Counted from the first letter of the stretch, positions 11,162 through 23,014 are shown. The stretch: DNA of 64,000 nt from an uncultured Gemmatimonadaceae bacterium (GCA_963843845.1 CAWJMB010000001.1:64001-128000), one strand, 5' to 3'. The notes: a model not told the origin generated them from the letters alone. Numbers and translations are program-made.

Positions 11162-11235
11162 CGAGCCTTCCCTTCCTCCGTCGAACGGGGGCCGTGCCGG
11201 TTCTCTCCACGGACGCGTGGCGCGCCGCGAAGGTA

Positions 11236-11784
11236 TCAGCGCGAGATCCCGCGCTCGCCGGGGATTCCCCTGACCCGACCGGGCGCCTCTGCACGCGGGG
11301 GAACACGCCGACCCGCTCGACGGTGGGATCGGTGTCGCTCGCCACGATTCGACCCACCCGCCGAGCCGCCGTGGCTGCGGCGCGACGAGGCCGCGGTGCG
11401 CGGCAGCGCTTCGTCAGCGCGAGGCAAGCGGTCGGCGTTCACGTCCGCCTCGCAGGTGGACACGTTGCTCACCGTCACCATCCCATTGCCCCCGGGATGC
11501 GCCGTCACGGCCACGAGGATGGTGAACTTCGCCTCGTGCAGCAGCCTGATGCCGGTGGGACGCCGATGCGCCACCCACGAGGTGAACGACTGCGTGCGCG
11601 CGATCGTGTTCAGACAGCTCCCGTCTGTCTGCGTGGTCTCGGTCGGCCGGGGATGATACGGGTGACTGTTCCTGTTGAAGGAGTCGTTCACTTCCAGGTT
11701 CACCGTGCCCGCCGCCTTGCCGTGCAGATTGACCCACGCCGGCTGCGCACACTGAGACGACACACCCTTGAAATAGAACGGCAC
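11236..11784 (-). CDS. Possible hypothetical protein
   Basis: ORF whose composition does not look like a shadow frame; no motif recognised. Confidence 0.3.
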   Translation of the reverse strand: MPFYFKGVSSQCAQPAWVNLHGKAAGTVNLEVNDSFNRNSHPYHPRPTETTQTDGSCLNTIARTQSFTSWVAHRRPTGIRLLHEAKFTILVAVTAHPGGNGMVTVSNVSTCEADVNADRLPRADEALPRTAASSRRSHGGSAGGSNRGERHRSHRRAGRRVPPRAEAPGRVRGIPGERGISR

Positions 11785-12017
11785 ATCCGTCGCTACTCGG
11801 TGTCCTCACCATGGGGAGGGCGTCGTGCGATGCCACTCGAATCGAGCGGCTCGGCGCGGCCCTGTGCTCGCGTGTCGTCACTGTCACCCGCAGTCACTCG
11901 CCCGAGGGCGAGGCCGCATCGGTGAAGGACAGCCGCGGCGGACGACATGGGGCTCGAACTGCACGACCGTGAGACCCGGCGCTGCACTGAATCTCCACGG
12001 GTTCGACTGCGCGGCGC

Positions 12018-15000
12018 TCAGCGGCCGGGATCACTCCCCACCACTGTCCCGTCCTTCCACCACCACAGCCGCGCCACGCTTCCCTTCCTCGGCCACACCT
12101 CCGCCAACGTCTCTCCCTCGTACAGCCGTCCGTTCTTCATCACGTACCGGATCGTGTTCGTGTTCCGGATGTCGTCGAGCGGGTTCGGCGTCGAGCACCT
12201 GCAGGTCGGCCAGCTTCCCCGGCTCGACCGACCCGAGGTGACTTGCCCCATGCCGATCGCCTCGGCGCCGAAGATCGTCGCGACGCGGAGGACGTCGTGC
12301 CGCGGCATGCCCCCCGACGCGATGCTCCACAGCTCCCAGTGCGCGCCGAGCCCCTGGAACTGGCCGTGGCTGCCTAGCCCGACGCGACCGCCCGCGGCGA
12401 CGAGCTTCGCGGCCTGCGCGGCGAACAGCGGGAACGAGTACTGCGACGGCGCCCACCACCCCGGCCGCCGCATGCGCCTTCTTCTCGATCTCGTGGCGCG
12501 GCATGAAGCGGTTCACCTTCGGATCGTCGATCACGTTCGTCGTCTCGTACCAGTAGTTCTCCGCCCACGGACCGCCGTACTGCACGACGAGCGTCGGCGT
12601 CCACGTCGTGCCGCTCTGCGCGAACAGCTGGACGGCGTCCTTGTAGAGCGGCGCGATGGGAAGCGTGTGCTCGATCCCCGCGTAGCCGTCCATCGCCTCG
12701 GTCATGTTCTTCTTGAAGTCGAGCCCACCCTCGAGCGTCGGCATGAGCCCCTGCTCGCGCGCCGCCATCGCGATCCACTGCCGCACCTTGCGGTCGCCCG
12801 CCATGTACTGCTTGATCGTGTTCGTGTGGTAGAACTCCGAGTAGCGGCGCAACACGTCGCGCGCGTCGTCGAGCGCTCGGATGTTGTCGCGCGCGAACAC
12901 GCCGGGGCCGGTCGCGAGGATGCGCGGACCGATCACGTCGCCCGTCTCGACCATGTCGCCGTACGACGAGCACGTCGGTCGTCGACGTCTGCGGGTCGCG
13001 CGTCGTCGTCACGCCGTACGCGAGGTTGATCAGGTACTCCCACGGCTGCGTGCGGTGCACGCCGAACGCCGGCCACATGTGCGCGTGCACGTCGACGTAG
13101 CCGGGCAGGATCGTCTTCCCCGTGACGTCGATGACCCGCGCGTCGGCCGGCGCCGGAACGCTCCCCGTCGCCCCGACTCGCCACGATCCGGTTGTCCGTC
13201 ACGACGACGTCGCCGCTCGCGATCACCTCGTCGCCCTTCATCGTGACGATCCGCGCGCCGCGCAGCACCACCGTCCCGCTCGGCCGGTCCTTCGCGACGC
13301 GGATCGTCACGTCGAGCCGCGTCGGCTCGTAGAGCGCGCGCGTCGCGCGCGAGCCGCCGGGGCGGATCGTGGTGTCCGCCGCCGCGATCCCGGTCGGCGC
13401 TCCCGGCGCCCCGCCGCGCGCCGAGTCCGCGCGCTGGTCGAGACGCCGCTCGGCGCGCATCGTCGAGTCGCGCACGAGCGAGTCCGCGCGTCGCGACGTC
13501 GTACGTGAAGAACGAGCGGCCTAACGAGTAGACGATCTGCCGCCCGTCGCGCGACCAGCTGCGCGAAGTCGCCGCCCACGCGCGTGAGGCGCCGTACGGG
13601 AACCTGCGACTGCGCCGGATTCGTGATCGAGATCTGCGGCGCGTTCGCTCCGACCTGCGGCACCGACGAGATGAGGTAGAGGTTCGTCCCCGCCTGCACG
13701 AGCGCGCGGTCCCCTTCCGGCGAGATCAGGATCTCTTCGGCCGCGCGGCGCTTGCGCGCCCACCGCCCTGCGGCGGCGCCGCGCTCCCGACGCGCAGATG
13801 CGCCTGCCGATCCGTGCCGTCGTAGCGCATCGAGACGAGCCCTTCGCTCGGCTCGAACATGTAGACGCGCGCCGGTGTCGGCGCCGAAGTGCGGTTGGCC
13901 GAAGCGCGTGACGCGGCGTGATGACCGTCGCCGCGCCGCCCGCCGCGGGCAGCCACACCAGCTCGACCCCTGCCGCCTCCGCGCTGCTGCCGCCCAGCTC
14001 GTCGCGGTCGCGCCGCTGCTCGCGCGGGCCGCGGGCGACGCACGAGCCGCCGGCCGTCCGGCGAGTACGCGAGCTTGTCGTAGAAGCCGGACCGCGTGCG
14101 TCAAGCTGCTCCGGCGTGCCCGGCGACCCGTTCGGCCCGTCGGCGCGCACGCGGTACACGTCGCCGCCGGTCTGCTCGTTCCACGTCACGTAGGCGACAT
14201 GGCGACCGTCGGGCGACCAGGAGGGGGAGAACTCGCCGTCGTCCTGCGACGACGTGAGGCGCCGCGGCCGGCAGCTCGCCGCCGGCGCGTCGCCGGTCGT
14301 CGACGTCGGGCACGTCGCGAGATCGAGCAGCCACAACCTGTCGAGCGCCGTGAACGCGAGCTGCCTGCCGTTCGGCGACCGCGTCGCGTTGCGGATCTGC
14401 CGCACGGTCAGGATCGAGTCGTCGTACGCGAACTCGCGCGTGATCGCGCCCGTGATCATCTGGTCGACTTCGGCGCGGAACGGGATCATGGTCTGCGCAC
14501 CGTCGGCGACCGCCGACACGCCAGATCCGGCCGTGGTGCGCGACGACGAGCGCTTTGCTGTCCGGCGTGAACGCGTACGGCGGCAGCAGATCGCGGCTGT
14601 AGCGCGACTCCTGGTCGTCGCGCTGCACGTCGGGCGCGAGCGTGCGCTCGTCGCCCGTCGCGAGGTCGCGGATGCGCAGCGACGTCAGCGAGTCGCGGCG
14701 CGTGGCGTAGACGAGCCACTTCCCATCCGGGCTCAGCGCCGGCCGCATGCCGGAGCCCGGTGCCTGCGTCCGCACGAACGTCTTCCCCGTGCGCCGATCG
14801 TAGACCGCGATCTGCCAGTCGAGCGTGACCTGGTTGTAGCCGCCCCCCGCCGCCGTGCGCACCGCGGAGTAGACGTAGCGCGCGTCCGGCCCGAACGCCG
14901 CGCCGACGTAGTTGCTCGGGAAGGCGGGTGCGGCGGCCGGCGCGGCGGGCCCCGTCGTCCCGGTCCCCGTCAGTTGCACGCCGGTGCCGCCGTCGCGGTG

Positions 15001-15524
15001 GTAGAGAAAGAGGTTGTAGCCGGCGCCCGCGCCGTTGCGCGACACGACGACGTACTTGCCGTCCGGCGTCCACGTCGGCGAGACGAACGTGCGGTTCTCC
15101 TCGCGCGTCAGCGGCCGGGCGTTCGACCCGTCGGCGTTCGCGAGCCACAGGTTGTCGGCGCCGTGGCGGTCGCTCACGTAGACGATCGACGTGCCGTCGG
15201 GCGACCAGTGCGGCTGCGCGTCCATCGCCTGCCCGCTCGTGACCCGCGTCGCGGTCCCGCCGGTGATCGGCAGCGTGTAGAGATCGCCCAGCAGATCGAA
15301 CACGATCGTCCGCCCGTCCGGCGACAGATCGAGCGACATCCACGTCCCTTCCTCGGTCGTGAAGCGGAGCGGCTTCGCCGGCGCGAGGGGCAGCTCGCGC
15401 GTGCCGCGCCCCCCGAGTCGCTCGCCGCGCGCTGCGCCCTCAGCGGCGGCGCGACCGGAGCGAGCAGCGCGAGCAGCGACAGCGTGGCCAGCGTCGCGGA
15501 GACGATCGAGCGGGAGGTGCGCAT
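12018..15524 (-). CDS. Secreted PD40/TolB beta-propeller plus amidohydrolase (many frameshifts)
   Basis: EGTWMSLDLSPDG, repeated SPDG blades, D.HAH metal motif, LAYGVTTTRDP, GSHGQFQGLGAHWE, PGKLADL, YVMKNGRLY across several ORFs. Confidence 0.85.
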
Positions 15525-15746
15525 GGCACGAGGAGCGAGAGGTGAAGCGTCGATCTTCACTCCAGGACCACGTGCGAGCAAGCGGCGCCGAGCCGTCGTC
15601 GGCCGGCGCGTACGCTGGTGTACGCCGCCGTCTGACAGAGCACGCGCCGCGGTCTGACAGACACCCTCGCCGGCCGTCCGTAGCTTCGGCGAGGTCTGCG
15701 CGTTCGCCCTGTTCGCGCTGCCGCCCCACCCCTACCGCGACTACCG

Positions 15747-17408
15747 ATGACTGCGCCACACCGGGTGCCGCGCGAGGCACCCGACCGACCGACCGCCCGC
15801 GACGGATCGAAGGCCACGCCGAAGCTCGTCGTCGACCCCATGCAGCTCGACGAGAGCTTGCCCGCCACGTGGCGTCACGACATTCCCGCCGGCATCGTCG
15901 TCTTCCTCGTCGCGCTCCCGCTCTGCCTCGGCGTCGCGCTCGCGTCGGGGGCGCCCCTCCTCTCGGGACTGCTCACCGGCATCGTCGGCGGCCTCGTCGT
16001 GTCCACGCTGAGCGGCTCGCAGCTCATGGTGAGCGGCCCGGCCGCGGGGCTCACCGCGATCGTGCTCGCCGCGATCGCCGAGCTCGGCTCGTTCGACCGC
16101 TTCCTCGTAGCCGTCGTCATCGCCGGCGCGATCCAGGTCGTGTTGGGCGTCGCCCGCGCCGGCATCATCGGCTACTTCTTCCCGTCGTCGGTCATCCGCG
16201 GGATGCTCGCGGCCATCGGGCTCATTCTCATCTTCAAGCAGCTGCCGTACGCGCTGGGCGCCGGCATCGCCCCCGTCGGTGCGGAGATCGGCGCCGAGGG
16301 CGACGACGGCGAGCACGGCGGCGGCTACATCGGGCCGATCCTCGCGGCGGCGCGCGCGATGGTTCCGCTCGCCGTGATGCTCTCGGCCGGCGCGCTGCTC
16401 GTGCTCGCGTTCTGGGACCGGGTCGCGCCGGCACGGGTGCGCAAGATCGTGCCTGCCGCGCTCGTCGTCGTCGCGCTCGGCGTCATCGGCGCGCTCGCCG
16501 CGTCCGTCTCGCCGTCGTTCGCGCTCCCCGCGACGTCGATGGTCTCGCTCCCGACCCCGTCGTCGCTCGGCGAGCTGGCCGCGCTGCTCACCTTCCCGGC
16601 GTGGTCGGCGCTCTTCGACCCGGCCGTCTGGCGCGTCGCGGTCACGATCGGGATCGTCGCCAGTCTCGAGACGCTGCTCTCGCTCGAGGCGACCGACAAG
16701 CTCGACCCGTTCAAGCGCTCGGCCCCCGCGAACCGGCAGCTCTTCGCCCAGGGCATCGGGAACATGATCTCGGGCGCGATCGGCGGGCTCCCCATGACCG
16801 GCGTCATCGTGCGCAGCGCGGCGAACGTCGGCGCCGGCGCACGGACGTGGCGCTCGGCGTTCTTCCACGGCGTGCTGCTGCTCCTCGCGGTCGTCGCGAT
16901 CCCGGCGCTGCTGAACCGCATCCCGCTCGCCGTGCTCGCCGCGATCCTCCTGTTCACCGGCTACAAGCTCGCGAACCCGAGGCAGCTCGTCGACGCGTGG
17001 CGCGTCGGGCCGAAGTATCTGATCCCATTCGTCGTCACGGTCGTCGCGATCCTCGCCACCGACCTGCTGATCGGCATCTGCATCGGCCTCGCGATCGGCG
17101 CGTTCTTCATCCTCCGCGACGACTTCAGCCACGCGTACTCGTACCAGCTCGACGAGTCCGCCGACCACCGCCGCGTCCGCCTGACGCTCGCCGAGCAGGT
17201 GACCTTCCTGAACAAGGCGCGCATCAACGAAGCGCTGCACGCCGTGCCGCCCGGCAGCACGGTCACCGTCGACGCGTCGCGCACCCGGCACATGGACCAC
17301 GACGTCGTCGAGCTGCTCCACGAGTTCGAGAAGAACGCCCGCGCCCGCCGCATCACGCTCAACCTGCTCGGAGTCCCAGCGCCGACGGCGGTGAGCGGGG
17401 CACACTGA
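15747..17408 (+). CDS. SulP/SLC26 anion (bicarbonate/sulfate) transporter
   Basis: DIPAGIVVFLVALPLCLGVALASG, VSGPAAG, GVIVRS; start may be 15840. Confidence 0.92.
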   Translation: MTAPHRVPREAPDRPTARDGSKATPKLVVDPMQLDESLPATWRHDIPAGIVVFLVALPLCLGVALASGAPLLSGLLTGIVGGLVVSTLSGSQLMVSGPAAGLTAIVLAAIAELGSFDRFLVAVVIAGAIQVVLGVARAGIIGYFFPSSVIRGMLAAIGLILIFKQLPYALGAGIAPVGAEIGAEGDDGEHGGGYIGPILAAARAMVPLAVMLSAGALLVLAFWDRVAPARVRKIVPAALVVVALGVIGALAASVSPSFALPATSMVSLPTPSSLGELAALLTFPAWSALFDPAVWRVAVTIGIVASLETLLSLEATDKLDPFKRSAPANRQLFAQGIGNMISGAIGGLPMTGVIVRSAANVGAGARTWRSAFFHGVLLLLAVVAIPALLNRIPLAVLAAILLFTGYKLANPRQLVDAWRVGPKYLIPFVVTVVAILATDLLIGICIGLAIGAFFILRDDFSHAYSYQLDESADHRRVRLTLAEQVTFLNKARINEALHAVPPGSTVTVDASRTRHMDHDVVELLHEFEKNARARRITLNLLGVPAPTAVSGAH

Positions 17409-17432
17409 TCGCTGGGCGTTTCCGACAGGAAA

Positions 17433-18608
17433 TCACGCAGCCCGAAGCGCCGTCGACGCCACGCGCGCCGTCTCTGCCAGCACCGCCGCGCCGACGAGGA
17501 TGCTCTCCTCGGCCGCATAGAAGCGCGGCGAGTGCGCCGCGATGCGGTCGCCGCCCGGCTCGCGCGCGCCGATGCGGAGGAAGCAGCCGGGCATCCGCTC
17601 GAGGTAGAACGCGAAGTCCTCGCCGCCCATGTTCGTCGTCCCGAACGGCACGACGTGCTCGGCGCCTAACAGTCGAGTCGCGGCGTCGCGCGCCCAGCCC
17701 GCGGCCCGCGCGTCGTTCACGACCGGCGGCGTGCCGTCGGAGAACGTGACGTCTGCGGACACGCCGTACCCCGCGGCGACCTGAGCGACGATCTGGTGCA
17801 GGCCGTCGACGAGCAGCGCACGCGCGGACGCGACGGTCGCGCGGATCGTCCCCGTGAGCGTCGCGCGCTCCGGAATCACGTTGCCCGCCGAGCCGGCGTG
17901 GATCGACCCGATCGTGACGACGCCGGGGAGCGCCGGATCGAGCCGCCGCGCGACGAGCGTCTGCACCGCGCTCACCACCGCCGCCGCGGCGACGATCGGG
18001 TCGGCCGACTCGTGCGGACGCGCACCGTGCGCGCCGGCGCCGCGCAGCACGATCGCGAACGCGTCGGCGCTCGCGTTCACCGGCCCCGCGTCCGCGACGA
18101 CGTCGCCCACCGCGAACCGCCGGTCGACGTGCGCGCCGAAGATCGCCCGCGCCTCGTCGAGCGCCCCGCTCGCGACCACGGCCGCCGCGCCGCTCCCGAC
18201 CTCCTCCGCGGGCTGCAGCACGACGAGCACGTCGCCCGCCGCGGGTCGCTCGAGCAACAGCGCCGCCGCGCCGACCGCCCACGTCGCGTGCACATCGTGC
18301 CCGCACGCGTGCATCACACCCGGCACCGTCGACGCGAACGGCAGCGCGGTCGCCTCCTGGATCGGCAGCGCGTCGACGTCACCGCGCAGCGCGACCACCG
18401 GCGCGCCGCGATCGCGTCCCGGTACCCGCGCGACGAGCCCCGTCGTCGCGACGCGTCGAACGTCCCTGACGCCGAGCGCCGCGAGCTCGGCTTCGAGCGC
18501 CGAGGCGGTCCGCGTCTCCTGCCACGACAGCTCGGGGTGCCGGTGCAGATCGCGCCGTAGCGCCACGAGCCGCGTCGTCAGTCGTTCGTCGACCAGCGCG
18601 ATCGTCAT
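17433..18608 (-). CDS. M20 amidohydrolase (HipO-like)
   Basis: RRDLHRHPELS, LRGDVDALP, MHACGHD, QPAEE, GGEDF. Confidence 0.92.
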   Translation of the reverse strand: MTIALVDERLTTRLVALRRDLHRHPELSWQETRTASALEAELAALGVRDVRRVATTGLVARVPGRDRGAPVVALRGDVDALPIQEATALPFASTVPGVMHACGHDVHATWAVGAAALLLERPAAGDVLVVLQPAEEVGSGAAAVVASGALDEARAIFGAHVDRRFAVGDVVADAGPVNASADAFAIVLRGAGAHGARPHESADPIVAAAAVVSAVQTLVARRLDPALPGVVTIGSIHAGSAGNVIPERATLTGTIRATVASARALLVDGLHQIVAQVAAGYGVSADVTFSDGTPPVVNDARAAGWARDAATRLLGAEHVVPFGTTNMGGEDFAFYLERMPGCFLRIGAREPGGDRIAAHSPRFYAAEESILVGAAVLAETARVASTALRAA

Positions 18609-18617
18609 ATTCCTCGC

Positions 18618-19292
18618 ATGAGTCTTCCGCCGATTCCCGCGGGGTGGGTGCCGTCGCTTCGCGACGCGGTCGAGCACCCATACTACGCCGACCTCGAGCG
18701 CTTCGTCGACGAGGAGCGCGCCGCGTACGACGTGTACCCGCCCCCGGACGACGTCTACGCCGCGCTCGCGCTCACGCCGAAGCGCTCGGTGAAGGCACTC
18801 GTCCTCGGCCAGGACCCGTACCCGTCCCCGGGGATGGCGCACGGCCTCGCGTTCTCCGTTCGGCCGGGCGCACGCACTCCGGGGTCGCTGCGCAACATCT
18901 TCAGGGAGCTCGAGTCGGACGTCGGCGTTCCGCGGCCGGCGAGCGGCTCGCTGGTTCCGTGGGCCGAGTCGGGCGTGCTGCTGTTGAACGCCGTGCTCAC
19001 CGTCCGCGCCGGCGCGCCGAACTCGCACAAGGGGCGCGGCTGGGAGCGGTTCACCGACGCCGTCATCCGCGCCGTGAACGAGCGCACGACGCGCGTCGTC
19101 TTCATTCTCTGGGGTGCCTACGCACAGAAGAAAGCGCCGCTGATCGACACGGAGCGCCATGTCGTCATCACCGGCACGCACCCGTCGCCGCTCGCGCGCG
19201 GCGTCGGCTTCTTCGGCACGCGCCCGTTCTCGCGGACGAACGCGGCGCTCGCCGACGCCGGCGTCGCCCCGATCGACTGGTCGCTCGCCTGA
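18618..19292 (+). CDS. ung: Uracil-DNA glycosylase, family 1
   Basis: LGQDPY, GVLLLNAVLTV, HPSPL. Confidence 0.95.
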   Translation: MSLPPIPAGWVPSLRDAVEHPYYADLERFVDEERAAYDVYPPPDDVYAALALTPKRSVKALVLGQDPYPSPGMAHGLAFSVRPGARTPGSLRNIFRELESDVGVPRPASGSLVPWAESGVLLLNAVLTVRAGAPNSHKGRGWERFTDAVIRAVNERTTRVVFILWGAYAQKKAPLIDTERHVVITGTHPSPLARGVGFFGTRPFSRTNAALADAGVAPIDWSLA

Positions 19293-19350
19293 CGGTCGGC
19301 GCACCCGCTCCCTGATCGACGTCATCGTCCTCTCACTCCTCATCGCGACC

Positions 19351-20637
19351 ATGTCGACCGCCCGCCTCGCGCTCGCCTTCGCCCTGCTCTCGACGCCGCT
19401 CGCCGCGCAGCCCGCGCCGACCACCCGCCCCGGGCAGCCGGCGCAGCAGACCGAGTCCGACGCCTACACGCGCTACGAGCTGCTCGCGCCCGGCACCGCG
19501 AAGTTCCGCATTCTCTACGAGGTGACGGCGACGACGCCGGGCGCGACGGCGTACTTCAACCCGATCCGCCGAGGAAGCATCGCGACCGACGAGCGCGTCA
19601 CCGACCGCGCGACCGGGAAGCCGCTCCGGTTCGACGTGGTGAGCGGCAGCGTCGCCCGCGCCGGCGGCGTGCGTGGCGCCGACACGAGCGGCCAGTACAT
19701 CCGCGTCACGCTCGCGCGCGCCGTGCCCGACGACGGCGGCGAGGCGCGCGTCCTCATCGACAAGACATACGAGGACACGTCGAGCTACCGAACGGACGGC
19801 CCCGAAGACATCGTCTTCCGCCGCTCGTTGGGCATCAAGCGCAACACGATCGTGCTCCCCGCCGGCTACGAGCTCGTCGCCTGCAACTATCCGTCGCAGA
19901 TCCTCCAGACCGCCGGCGGGCGCGTCGCCGTGAGCTTCTGGAACGCGACCCCGGCCGAGGCCCCGCTCTCGCTCCGCGCGCGCAAGGTCGACCGCGCGGG
20001 CGCGCTGGCGGCCACACCCCCGGCGTCGTTAGGCACCGGTGGCGTCGTCCCGAACGCGCGCGCGCGACTCGACGAGCGCGCCTACCAGAACCGCGAGATC
20101 GTCTACTTCCTGCGCCCGCCCGAGACGCACTCGTTCGCTCTCTATCACGACTACACCGAGACGCGCCCCGGCGAGAGCACCTACGTCAACGTCGTGCGCG
20201 CCGGCAGCGCGGTGTCCGAGCCCTCCGCCCGGAACCTCGACACCGGCGAGCGGCTGCGCTGGGAAGTCCTGGCGGGCGACGCCATCGCGCGGCGCGGGTT
20301 CGCCGCGCAGGCGCCGAACGCGACCCCGACCACCGAGATCGTCGTCTTCCGCTTCGCGCCCGTGCCGGCCGGCGGCTCGACGCGCCTCCGCATGTCGGAG
20401 ACGTACACCGACAGCGCCCGCTACACGATGGTCGGCGACACCTTCGTCTGGGACCGCGCGCTCGGCCGCCCGGCGAACGCGGTCGTGCTCCCGATCGGGT
20501 GGCTGCTCACGAACTGCTCGGTCCCCGCCACCGTGACCGAGCTGATCGACGGCCGCATCCGCCTCGACTTCATCAACCCGCGCACCGACGAGATCCCGGT
20601 GCTCATCACCGGACGGCGGCGAGAGCGGGAGCGGTAG
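19351..20637 (+). CDS. Secreted hypothetical protein with internal duplication
   Basis: Signal peptide; two homologous halves. Confidence 0.75.
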   Translation: MSTARLALAFALLSTPLAAQPAPTTRPGQPAQQTESDAYTRYELLAPGTAKFRILYEVTATTPGATAYFNPIRRGSIATDERVTDRATGKPLRFDVVSGSVARAGGVRGADTSGQYIRVTLARAVPDDGGEARVLIDKTYEDTSSYRTDGPEDIVFRRSLGIKRNTIVLPAGYELVACNYPSQILQTAGGRVAVSFWNATPAEAPLSLRARKVDRAGALAATPPASLGTGGVVPNARARLDERAYQNREIVYFLRPPETHSFALYHDYTETRPGESTYVNVVRAGSAVSEPSARNLDTGERLRWEVLAGDAIARRGFAAQAPNATPTTEIVVFRFAPVPAGGSTRLRMSETYTDSARYTMVGDTFVWDRALGRPANAVVLPIGWLLTNCSVPATVTELIDGRIRLDFINPRTDEIPVLITGRRRERER

Positions 20638-20674
20638 GCTGGTCGCTTCGGGACCGGTGGACGCGGCCGCACCA

Positions 20675-21840
20675 TCACCCCCCGCCTAACGTGTCGAGCC
20701 CCCGCTCCAGGTCGGCGATCAGGTCGCTCGTCGACTCGAGCCCGACGTTGAACCGCACGAGCGATCCGCGCCGCACGCTCGCGTGCTCGCGCACGACGCC
20801 GAACATCGGCACGACGAGGCTCGACGCCCCGCCCCACGACCAGCCGATGGCGAACAGCGTCAGCGCGTCGATGAACGCCGCGAGCTGCGGCTCGGAGTAC
20901 CGGGCGTCGAACACGACCGAGAACACGCTCGCCGAGCCGACGAAGTCGCGTCGCCACACGTCGTGGCCGGGGCACGACGGGAGCGCCGGGTGCAGCACCC
21001 GCTCGACCTCCGGCCGCGCCGCCAGCCACTGCGCCACCTCGAGCGTCGATCGTTCGAGCGCGGCGAGCCGCACCGCGAGCGTCTGCATGCCGCGCAGCGC
21101 GAGCGAGCAGTCGTCGGGCGACACCGCGTAGCCCAGCCCCGCGTGCGCCGAGCCCACGCGCTCGTACCCCGCCTGGTCGCGCACCGTCACGCTGCCCAAC
21201 AGCAGATCGCTGTGCCCGCCCACGTACTTCGTGAGCGCCTGCATCGTCACGTCGACGCCCGCGCCCAGCGCGTCGAACAACACGCCCGCCGCGTACGTGT
21301 TGTCGAGCGCCACGAGCGCGCCGTGGTCGTGCGCCGCGGCGACGATGGCCGGCACGTCCTGCACCTCCATCGTCACCGATCCTGGGCTCTCGCACCACAC
21401 GAGGCGCGTGTTCGGCCGCAGCCACCGCGCGAGCCCGGCGCCGACCGTCGGCGGATAGAACGTCGTCTCGACGCCGAAGCGCGCGAGGAGCGTGCGCGCG
21501 AACGCCCGGTTCGGTCCGTAGACGTGGTCCGGCACGAGCACGTGGTCGCCGGCGCGCGTGTGCGCGAGGTAGATGAGCGCGATCGCCGCCTGCCCGCCCG
21601 GCGTGAGGAAGGTGCGGAACCCCCCTTCCAGCTCCGCGATCCGCGCCCCCAGCAGCATCGACGTCGGCGTGCCGTAGACCCGTACGTGTAGCCGACCTCG
21701 TGCTGCCGCCACGTGTCGTCGAGCGCCGCCACGTTCGGCACGACGGTCGTCGACCCGCGGTAGACCGGCGGCACGAGCGACGCGTACCCGGCCGGCGCGG
21801 CCGCGTCCGAGGTGATGAGCTTCGTCTGCCAGGTGGTCAT
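20675..21840 (-). CDS. metC: Cystathionine beta-lyase (frameshift near 21680)
   Basis: PPVYRGST, YGTPT, ESPGS.TME, DNTY, ALTKYVGGHSD, SWGG. Confidence 0.85.
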
Positions 21841-21864
21841 GGGTGAGCCGGTAGGCACGAGCGG

Positions 21865-22998
21865 TCAGACGAGCCGCGCCAGTCGGAACGGCGCGAGGTC
21901 GAAGCGCGGGGCGCGGTCGAGCGCGAGGTCGGCCAGCACGTCGCCGATCGCCGTCGAGAACTTGAAGCCGTGCCCGGAGCACGCGCTGACGACGACGACC
22001 TGCGCGTGCTCGGGATGCCGGTCGACGATGAAGTGCTCGTCGGGGGTGTTCGTGTAGAGACAGACGGCCGTGTCGACGAGCGGCCCGTCGGCATCCGGAA
22101 GGTGCGCCCGCAGCAGCTCGCGCACCGTCTCGACTTCGTCGTCGCGCACCGTGCGCCGCACCGTCTCCGCGTCCACCCGCTCGCCGCCGTGGTGGAGCGC
22201 TGCCTTCACGCCGTACCCTGCGTCCGGGAAGCCGTACCAGATCCTCCCCGGCGCGAACTCGGCGATGAAGATCGGGAAGCGATCGGGCGCGAACAGCGAC
22301 GTCGCGCGCGGCGGTCGGAACCACAGCTGCGCCATCCGCTCGACGGCCAGCGACGACAGCCGGGCGCCGAACGCGTCGTCGACGAGCGTCGTGAGCCACG
22401 CGCCGGCCGCCAGCACGAGCCGGTCGGCACGATACGTCCCGCGAGTCGTCGTGACGGCCACGCCGTCTCCCTCCGCGCGCCACGCCGTCACCGCCTCGTC
22501 GGTGTGGATCACCGCCCCGTGCGCGATCGCGCCCGCCAGGTGCGTCTCGACCGCCCGCTCCGGATCGAGGAAGCCGGCGCGCGGCTCCCACACGCCGACG
22601 TGATCGCTCGGCACTCGCCACGCCGGCACGCGTCGCATGACCCCGGCGGCGTCGAGCAGGTCGTGCGGCAGGCCGTGCTCCTGCGCACTGCGCAACGCCC
22701 CGGTGACGACGGCGCTGTCGGCGGCGCCCAGCATCAGCCCGCCGGTCCGCGTCCACAGCGTGCGCCCGCTGTCGCGCTCGAGTGCCTCCCACAGCTCGTA
22801 CGCGCGCCGCACGAGCGGCACGTAGAGCGGGTCCTCGAAGTACGCCTCGCGAATGATGCGCGACCGCCCGTGTGACGAGCCCCATGCGTGCGGCGGCGCG
22901 TAGCGATCGAGACCGACGACGCGCGCCCCCGCCCGAGCGAGATGGTACGCCGCCGCGCTGCCCATCGCGCCGAGCCCCGCGACGATGACGCTCGTCAT
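21865..22998 (-). CDS. solA: N-methyl-L-tryptophan oxidase / monomeric sarcosine oxidase
   Basis: GLGAMGS, GSSHGRSRIIR, CLYTNTPDEHF, CSGHGFKF. Confidence 0.88.
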   Translation of the reverse strand: MTSVIVAGLGAMGSAAAYHLARAGARVVGLDRYAPPHAWGSSHGRSRIIREAYFEDPLYVPLVRRAYELWEALERDSGRTLWTRTGGLMLGAADSAVVTGALRSAQEHGLPHDLLDAAGVMRRVPAWRVPSDHVGVWEPRAGFLDPERAVETHLAGAIAHGAVIHTDEAVTAWRAEGDGVAVTTTRGTYRADRLVLAAGAWLTTLVDDAFGARLSSLAVERMAQLWFRPPRATSLFAPDRFPIFIAEFAPGRIWYGFPDAGYGVKAALHHGGERVDAETVRRTVRDDEVETVRELLRAHLPDADGPLVDTAVCLYTNTPDEHFIVDRHPEHAQVVVVSACSGHGFKFSTAIGDVLADLALDRAPRFDLAPFRLARLV

Positions 22999-23014
22999 GC
23001 GTGAGGGCGCGGCG

